From Kiritimatiellia bacterium (lineage in GTDB: Bacteria; Verrucomicrobiota; Kiritimatiellia; JAAZAB01), in assembly GCA_040767085.1 (NCBI GenBank), contig JAXGPF010000024.1:1-13202 (forward strand): a stretch of 13,202 nt of DNA. Direction: 5' to 3'. Below the pieces are notes generated by a model. That model searched no databases. It saw only the letters and a program-made list of their open reading frames with translations, and was not told where the DNA came from. Within the stretch, counting starts at the first letter, position 1; every line of letters begins with the position of its first letter. Position numbers and translations under genes: made by a program. Below are positions 1-5,629 of the stretch, in pieces.

Positions 1-413
1 AAGTGGAAATACATCTTCCCATCGGTCCCCGGGTCCAGAAAGATTTCCAGCGAATCGTCCTGGCTGATCGAACCGTCCCGGGCCGCAGTTTTCACGCTCA
101 GTTCCGCCAGGTGCGACTCGTGGCACAGCACCCCAAGATAGAGATGCTTACCGTCCGTTGTCAGCCACATTTCCGTGGCCGCGGCGGCCGGCTGGCGCGT
201 GCGAATCTGGAAAGCATGGGAGGCATGGGCGGCGCCTTGCCAGGCAGCATCGTCCAGTTTACCGTCAATCACCGGCGGCGTCGCGCCGGTGGTGATGGTC
301 AAGGTCGGCGGAGACGGCGCGGCATCCCCGGCCGCTGCGCCCAGGGCGGCGGCCAGCAAGCCTCCCGCCGCCAGCACGGTTTTCCAATAACCACGGGTAA
401 ATTTTCCAAGCAT
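1..413 (-). CDS. Partial (5' end only) secreted protein with N-terminal CBM9-like/DOMON-like sugar-binding domain; runs off the left edge
   Basis: Not in the ORF track. Manual translation from ATG (cat at 411-413) gives MLGKFTRGYWKTVLAAGGLLAAALGAAAGDAAPSPPTLTITTGATPPVIDGKLDDAAWQGAA...TEMWLTTDGKHLYLGVLCHE...RDGSISQDDSLEIFLDPGTDGKMYFH, open to the edge. It has a signal-peptide-like N-terminus, the PVIDGKLDD..W and DDSLEIFLDP motifs of CBM9-like domains, and an upstream GGAAAGGA RBS. Confidence 0.88.
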   Translation of the reverse strand, partial: MLGKFTRGYWKTVLAAGGLLAAALGAAAGDAAPSPPTLTITTGATPPVIDGKLDDAAWQGAAHASHAFQIRTRQPAAAATEMWLTTDGKHLYLGVLCHESHLAELSVKTAARDGSISQDDSLEIFLDPGTDGKMYFH

Positions 414-501
414 GACCTGGTCCTTTCCGGTTAATTTCAACATCTCGTTAATTTAGCATAAATCTTTTTATTTTACAGCGTTAAAAACGCTTGGAGTTGA
501 G

Positions 502-530
502 TTGACTTGATGATGATTAATCTGTAGATT
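502..530 (+). promoter_or_regulatory. Putative sigma70-type promoter for the beta-helix gene
   Basis: TTGACT (502-507), a 17-nt spacer and TAGATT (525-530) in the AT-rich divergent intergenic region 414-586. RBS GGAG at 576-579 precedes ATG 587. Confidence 0.5.
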
Positions 531-586
531 GTTCATCAAATAATGATGGATGTTTTTGTGCTTTTTTGATTGATCGGAGATTATCT

Positions 587-2340
587 ATGAAATTAAGGAT
601 TACCGCGCTGCGCTTGTGTTGCATGCTTGGCATTGCGTTATCTCCGTTATTTGCGCTCCGGGCGCAAACCACCCGGTATGTGTCGCTAGACGGCTCCAAC
701 GACACCGCCGGCGGCTATGCCAGTTGGTCCGGCGCGGCCACCAATCTTCCGAACGCCATCGCCGCCGCCGCGGACGACGACCTGATCCTGGTTTCCAACG
801 GCACGTACAACCTTGTCGAGCAAATCAGCACGGCTTATATTGACGTGACCAAGCGCGTCACCATCCGGGGGTTCAGCGCCAACCGCGAAGCTGTCATCAT
901 CAACGGCGGCGGCGCCAAACAGGGATTTGGTTTTGTCAACTTCGGCTGTGTGGGGGCGGTGCTGGAGCGCCTGACGGTTTCCAATTGCCTTGGCACACTG
1001 ACTGGCGGCGGCATAGTCATGCAGCGCGATGCCCCCGGGCGGTTACCATCACGAATGTGTTGTTCGTGGGCAACTGCGCCACCCGGGGGGGCGGCGCCTA
1101 TATCTCCGGCGCCACCGTCACCGACTGCACCTTCCTGAACAACGTATCGCCGGAAGGCGCTTCCTACAATTTGAGCGGCGGTGGCGCGATTTATACACCT
1201 TATGGAACCATTGTGAATTGCCAATTCATCAGCAACCGCGCGAATATCGTCCATGGCTCCGATGCCCTTGGCGGCGCGATCATGCTCCGGGAACATCGTC
1301 ACGGCAACACGCGCATTGAAAACTGCGCATTCCTGTATAATTACGCGGAACGCCAAGGTGGCGCGGTGTATGACGCCTGCCTGGACACGAATTTCCCCGC
1401 CAGCCTGATTAATTGCATAATTGCCAGCAACACCGCCGACTTGAATGGCGGCGGTGTATTTGTCAACAGCCCGAGCACGGAGATCATCAATGGCGGCGTG
1501 ATCCGTGACAACATCTCGCATGCCTACGCTGGGGGCGTGATGGTGGGCGGCACGTATTTCCAAATGCGCAACGCTGAGATTTCCGGCAACATTGCGCCTT
1601 ACGGCAGCGGTTTATATTTTAACGGCGGCGGCAGCAACCTGGCGGAAAACTGCGTGATTGCAGGCAATCAAGCGACCAACGGCTCTGGCGGCGGGCTTTA
1701 TCTTGTCGGAAGTTTGAATGGGCCGGTGCTGCGCAATTGTACGATCATCAGCAACACGGCAGCGACATCCGCCGGCGGATTAGCCGCCATTTCAGGCGGC
1801 AGGTTGATTAATTGCCTGGTAGCGTGCAATACCGCCGCCACGGAAGGGGGCGGCCTTTATGCCCAGCGCATGCATGTTGCCGGCGGGTTTGTCGCTAACT
1901 GCATGATCGCGAGCAATACGGCCGCCTATGGCGGCGGAGTCCATTTCAGCACCCAGACCACCTCCACCAACAACTGGTTTACCAATTCCATCATTTATCA
2001 CAACCAATCGCTGTCGGACCCGGGCCGGAGCGATATCTGGTTCAACGCGACTGCGACGATTGCCGCCTTTCAGAGTAACCAGTTTTATTATTGCTGCGCG
2101 CCCATTGAGCTGCCGCCGGCCAATGGCAACATCGCGGACGATCCGGTTTTTGTCAATCGCCCGGCGGGCAACTTCCGGCTGGATGTGGGCTCGCTTTGCA
2201 TCAATTCCGGCGTGAATCAGGATTGGATGGCGGAGGTGTCGGACCTGGACGCACGGCTGCGCCTGGACCGTTTCAGCGGCCTGGTGGACCGGGGCTGTTA
2301 TGAGTATATTTCAATCGGCGCGATGTTTTATGTGCATTAA
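587..2340 (+). pseudogene. Secreted right-handed parallel beta-helix repeat protein (GGA[IV]/FxxN repeats, C-terminal choice-of-anchor-Q-like cap), split by a -1 frameshift at ~1031-1041; ~584 aa if restored (real lesion or sequencing indel)
   Basis: ORF 566..1138 (real start ATG 587, MKLRITALRLCCMLGIALSPLFALRAQ signal peptide, RYVSLDGSN...WSGAATNLPNAIAAAADDDLILVSNGTY) loses sense after GGGIVMQRDAPG. ORF 985..2340 gains sense at AVTITNVLFVGNCATRGGGAY and continues with NCxFxxN..GGA/GGG repeats and GNIADDPVFVN..GNFRL..GSLCINSG...DLDARLR...VDRGCYEY. Confidence 0.85.
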
Positions 2341-2466
2341 TTTCAGCTTTCAAATTTCAGGTTGCATCCCTTTCGTAAAAGATTCGGCATGGTGGTGTAA
2401 ACAGGTGATCGCAACCAATGGAGCGATGTTGTAAAACTGAAAAACGTAAAATCGCTTTTCGCGCCA

Positions 2467-3327
2467 TTGCAGGCGCAATTGCCCGAGATTCGCTCGATGG
2501 CCATGATGCCTTGCGCTCCGCATTGGCGTGACGAATGGCATCGGCCGTGGTGCTGTGAGTTCCATTATGTCATCAACGGCACACTGGCGCTGGAGTTCCG
2601 CGATGGACGCCTTGTCGCCGGCAATACCAGTGAATTATTGCTGATTCCCGCCGGTGTCTGGCACCGGGATGTTTACGATTCCGATCATCCGCCGCGGGTG
2701 TTCATGTTGTTCTTCTCCTGGAAAATGGAGCGGGAATTCTGGCGCCAGTTGCCGCGGGATGACCGGCAGACCCTGCGAATTCCCGCCAACCGTGAAATCA
2801 CATCCATGTTCAGCCGGATTCAAACCGGCTTGAAATCCGGCGCGCCACTCGATGAACTTGTGACACGGGTCTATGTGCAGGCCATCCTTTTGCTGGCCCT
2901 GCGGCTGTGCCGGGATGCCGGGGACGCCGGCGCGCATGATTTACTGGCGGAGGCCGCCGGCGTGCGGCGGCGGAATTTGATGTTGCGGGCCAAGCAATAT
3001 GTCGAGCAGCATTATCGTGAACATATATCGTTGGATGGCGTGGCCGCGGATTTGGGCGTCAGCCCCTATCATCTATCGCATGTTTTCAGCCGCGAAAGCG
3101 GCGGATCGCTGTTTGATTATCTCGCGGAACTGCGTATGCGGCAGGCGCGGCTTTTGTTGCAAAGCGGCCGGTTGTCGGTCAAGGAAATCACCGCGCTTAC
3201 CGGTTATAGCAATCTCCAGTATTTCTCCCACGCCTTCCGCCGGCATTTTGGCAAATCGCCGCGCTGCTTTCTGGGCCAGCCGTTCTCCAGCAAATACACA
3301 AAAGACCACCGCCGCAAATACCGGTGA
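2467..3327 (+). CDS. AraC-family transcriptional regulator (N-terminal cupin ligand-binding domain, C-terminal double HTH); start codon uncertain
   Basis: Cupin motif HRPWCCEFHYVINGTL...LLLIPAGVWHRD. AraC HTH signature AKQYVEQHYREHISLDGVAADLGVSPYHLSHVFSRESG...LRMRQARLLL...LSVKEITALTGYSNLQYFSHAFRRHFGKSP. Confidence 0.95.
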   Translation: MQAQLPEIRSMAMMPCAPHWRDEWHRPWCCEFHYVINGTLALEFRDGRLVAGNTSELLLIPAGVWHRDVYDSDHPPRVFMLFFSWKMEREFWRQLPRDDRQTLRIPANREITSMFSRIQTGLKSGAPLDELVTRVYVQAILLLALRLCRDAGDAGAHDLLAEAAGVRRRNLMLRAKQYVEQHYREHISLDGVAADLGVSPYHLSHVFSRESGGSLFDYLAELRMRQARLLLQSGRLSVKEITALTGYSNLQYFSHAFRRHFGKSPRCFLGQPFSSKYTKDHRRKYR

Positions 3328-3426
3328 TGTACACAGAGCGGAGTGAGTGCGGAAAACGGAATATTCTCGCACAAAGTCACCAAGCCCCCAAGAAACAAGA
3401 AAATCCGGATGGTGGTATTTTGGGCA

Positions 3427-4596
3427 TCACGTAACAAACGGCAATTCTTTTTCGGGATGCAGCGCCGCTAAAAATTCATCGCACGGGATACACAATACGT
3501 CGTCAATTACGATATGCTCCCGTCCGCGATACACAAGGCATAAGCGAGCTTCCTCGTAATCCTCGTGAAAAGCGCGCAGGCCGCGCACATCTGACTTGTA
3601 CACATGGCGCGAGTTTTTCACTTCGATTGCGGCAAATACATTCTCGCCGTACACAATAAAATCCACTTCCGTGCCGGATTTCGTGCGCCAGTAGTATAGG
3701 TTTGTGCCGGTCGCGGCGCCATATGCGATCCAGGCACGGAGATGCTGTCCTACAAGGCCTTCCAGTTTTGCCCCCGCCATCTCTTCCGGCGCGTCGAGCG
3801 GTCCGCGTGGACGGACCGAGTGGTAAACACCTGTGTCAAAAAAATAGAACTTGGGATGTTGGGCAAGATGTCGCTTGGCCCGGCGGGTGAAAACCGGCAG
3901 GCGAAAAGCAAGCAATAAATCCTCCAGCACGTCAACATACCCCTGTACCGTATTGCGATTAACTTGGCATTCCCGGGCAATTGTGCTGATGCTCAGGACG
4001 GAAGCATGGGAAAATGCAATGGCTTCCAGAAACCGCGCAAATCCGCCGACATCGCGCACCATTGCTTCGGCTTTTACTTCCTGTTCAAGATAAAGTCCCA
4101 GATAGGCTGCCAGAGCGGCGCGCCTGTCGGGCGCCGCATACACAACCGGAATCAAGCCGGTGTCCAGCGCCGTGTCCAGGTCAAAATCCGCGCCGAGTTC
4201 CGCCGCCATAAACGGGTGCATGGTTGTCAAGGCCGCCCGTCCGGCCAACAAGTCAACGCCCGTGCGCTTTAATTTGCGTGCGCTTGATCCCGTTAGCACA
4301 AAGGTATGCATGGGCGTTTCTTCCATCATCTGGTGTACGACATCAAGAACATCCGGCACCTTCTGCACTTCGTCAAGTACGAAATATGATGGAGTTTTTG
4401 CGCCACGAATTAAATCGCGCAGACGTTCCGGGCGTGCGGCATAAAGCCGATAAGTTTCCCGGTCAAGCAAATCAATCATTATCGCATTGGCACAGTTCTG
4501 TTTCAGCCAGGTTGACTTGCCGGTACCGCGCGGACCCAGCAGGAAGAAACTGGCCGCGGGCATTTTAAAAAACCTATGGAACGGCGTTATTTGCAT
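3427..4596 (-). CDS. AAA+ ATP-binding protein, COG1373/AAA_14 + DUF4143 type, with C-terminal PD-(D/E)xK-like domain
   Basis: Walker A GPRGTGKS, Walker B FVLDEVQ, LTGSSA, DLLAGRA, an HTH-like segment ISTIARECQVNRNTVQGYVDVLED, PKFYFFDTGV, and YYWRTKSGTEVDFIV...AIEVK. RBS AAGGAAG upstream of ATG. Confidence 0.93.
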   Translation of the reverse strand: MQITPFHRFFKMPAASFFLLGPRGTGKSTWLKQNCANAIMIDLLDRETYRLYAARPERLRDLIRGAKTPSYFVLDEVQKVPDVLDVVHQMMEETPMHTFVLTGSSARKLKRTGVDLLAGRAALTTMHPFMAAELGADFDLDTALDTGLIPVVYAAPDRRAALAAYLGLYLEQEVKAEAMVRDVGGFARFLEAIAFSHASVLSISTIARECQVNRNTVQGYVDVLEDLLLAFRLPVFTRRAKRHLAQHPKFYFFDTGVYHSVRPRGPLDAPEEMAGAKLEGLVGQHLRAWIAYGAATGTNLYYWRTKSGTEVDFIVYGENVFAAIEVKNSRHVYKSDVRGLRAFHEDYEEARLCLVYRGREHIVIDDVLCIPCDEFLAALHPEKELPFVT

Positions 4597-4627
4597 TTAT
4601 GCTTCCTTTTTTACGTTTGCGATGTCG

Positions 4628-4656
4628 TTTTTACGTCATATTTGTTGGTTTGTCAA
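4628..4656 (-). promoter_or_regulatory. Putative sigma70-type promoter of the AAA+ ATPase gene
   Basis: On the minus strand: perfect TTGACA (4656-4651), 17-nt spacer, TAAAAA (4633-4628), about 30 nt upstream of the start codon. Confidence 0.6.
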
Positions 4657-4667
4657 GCGTTTTTTGC

Positions 4668-4713
4668 GGAGGTCGAGACGAGTCCTACATCAAAGGATTT
4701 GTCTTGCGCCTCC
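4668..4713 (+). repeat. Imperfect inverted repeat (~19-bp stem with G.U pairs, 7-nt loop)
   Basis: GGAGG-T-CGAGACGAGTCCT / ACATCAA / AGGATTTGTCTTG-C-G-CCTCC, in the divergent intergenic region between the ATPase and the GH pseudogene. Confidence 0.55.
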
Positions 4714-4833
4714 TCCGGCGCCGTGCAACTAAACGCAACTTTCAGCAAGTCTTTTTCGTTGCCGTTTCCATCGGTTAATGACAGACTGCCGCCGGATGAA
4801 TTTAGATGGAACAGTGATGTGCAGAGTGGCGCA

Positions 4834-5629
4834 ATGAAAAACGGGTATGCGGAATTCACCATGCACTGGGACGATGCGCCGCTCGATATCTCATGGATGT
4901 TCGCGGATGAATGTCCGGCGGGAAAGCATGGCTTTTTACGCGCGGCGGGCAATGAATTTGTGTTTGCGGACGGCGCGCCCGGCCGATTTTGGGGCACCCT
5001 GATTAATTCCGCGGCCTGCTTTCCGCCGCATGATGTGGCGGAGAAGACGGCCTGGAGGCTGGCGAAATTCGGGATGATTTATGCGGCCGCCATCATGTTC
5101 CGGCGCCATGATGTGGCCGAGGCGCGCCAGACGCTTGGAATTGCATTGCGGGATGGTGATATTTACAATCCGGAAAATGGCATGTCCAATCATAACCTGC
5201 CGAATGTCGAAGCCATGTTGAACTGTGAAAAACACCGGCTTGAAATTGAATTGCCTGGGCATTGCGGCGGCAGTTTTATGCAAATCGGACCGGATGAGGC
5301 CGGCCCGGCGGGCGCGGATACCGATGCGGTTATTTTCGATATCGGTGAAATGTTCCGGTCCTGGCGCGATAAATACGGGTGGATAGACACCGCCATGAGC
5401 AAGGTGGTTTACGGCTTTTTCAGCGCCGCACGGCCGGTTGAATTGCAAGGGTGACATGCAAAATCACGACGGATTTCACGCTCGATACCGCATGGGAAAA
5501 GCTGACATATGGAGCGTGGATCAGGATGGCGCCTATACTGGCCAAGTGCCCTGCGCATGCGCGGATGGCAAGTTGACATTCCGCGTTGGCGATGTCTTTC
5601 CGGCAATTTGCTATATGATAACCAGATGA
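4834..5629 (+). pseudogene. Degraded glycoside hydrolase (clan GH-A, GH5/GH148-like) with its central catalytic barrel deleted and two further frameshifts
   Basis: From ATG 4834: MKNGYAEFTMHWDDAPLDISWMF..PAGKHGFLRAAGNEFVFADGAPGRFWGT..SAACFPPHDVAEKTAWRLAKFG, the typical N-terminus. It jumps directly to MIYAAAIMFRRHDVAEAR, the typical post-barrel segment, and stops at 5452-5454. Sense continues in a second frame (VTCKITTDFTLDTAWEKL, 5451-5504) and a third frame (IWSVDQDGAYTGQVPC...GKLTFRVGDVFPAICYMITR*, 5507-5629). Confidence 0.75.

Noticed and set aside
3..434. Plus-strand ORFs 3..434 and 175..390
   Set aside because: Antisense shadows of the real minus-strand CBM9-like gene, which has an RBS, a signal peptide and recognisable motifs.
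1085..1091. G7 tract as the phase-variable frameshift site
   Set aside because: The beta-helix repeat pattern (TITNVLFVGNCA) is already in the downstream frame before this tract, so the break lies near 1031-1041. The G7 simply encodes R-G-G.
587..2340. Many N-x-S/T sequons and repeated NC motifs as a sign of glycosylation or metal binding; GGCGGC repeats as a DNA repeat array
   Set aside because: These are expected from the Asn/Cys ladders and GG motifs of beta-helix coils. The periodicity is at the protein level, and there are no constant-length DNA repeats with spacers, so this is not CRISPR and not a DGR template/variable pair.
3328..3426. Terminator or mobile-element end between the convergent AraC and ATPase genes
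   Set aside because: Only a weak imperfect pairing (GTGCGGAAA / TTCTCGCAC) with no U-tract, and no matching inverted repeat or target duplication on the other side of the ATPase.
4576..4833. N-terminal 86 codons of ORF 4576..5454
   Set aside because: They overlap the ATPase start, its promoter and a hairpin. Family-like sequence begins only at ATG 4834.
5509..5625. N-terminal extension of ORF 5509..7968
   Set aside because: It overlaps the pseudogene tail in another frame. The ATGA overlap at 5626 and the position of the LGNG motif favour the later start.
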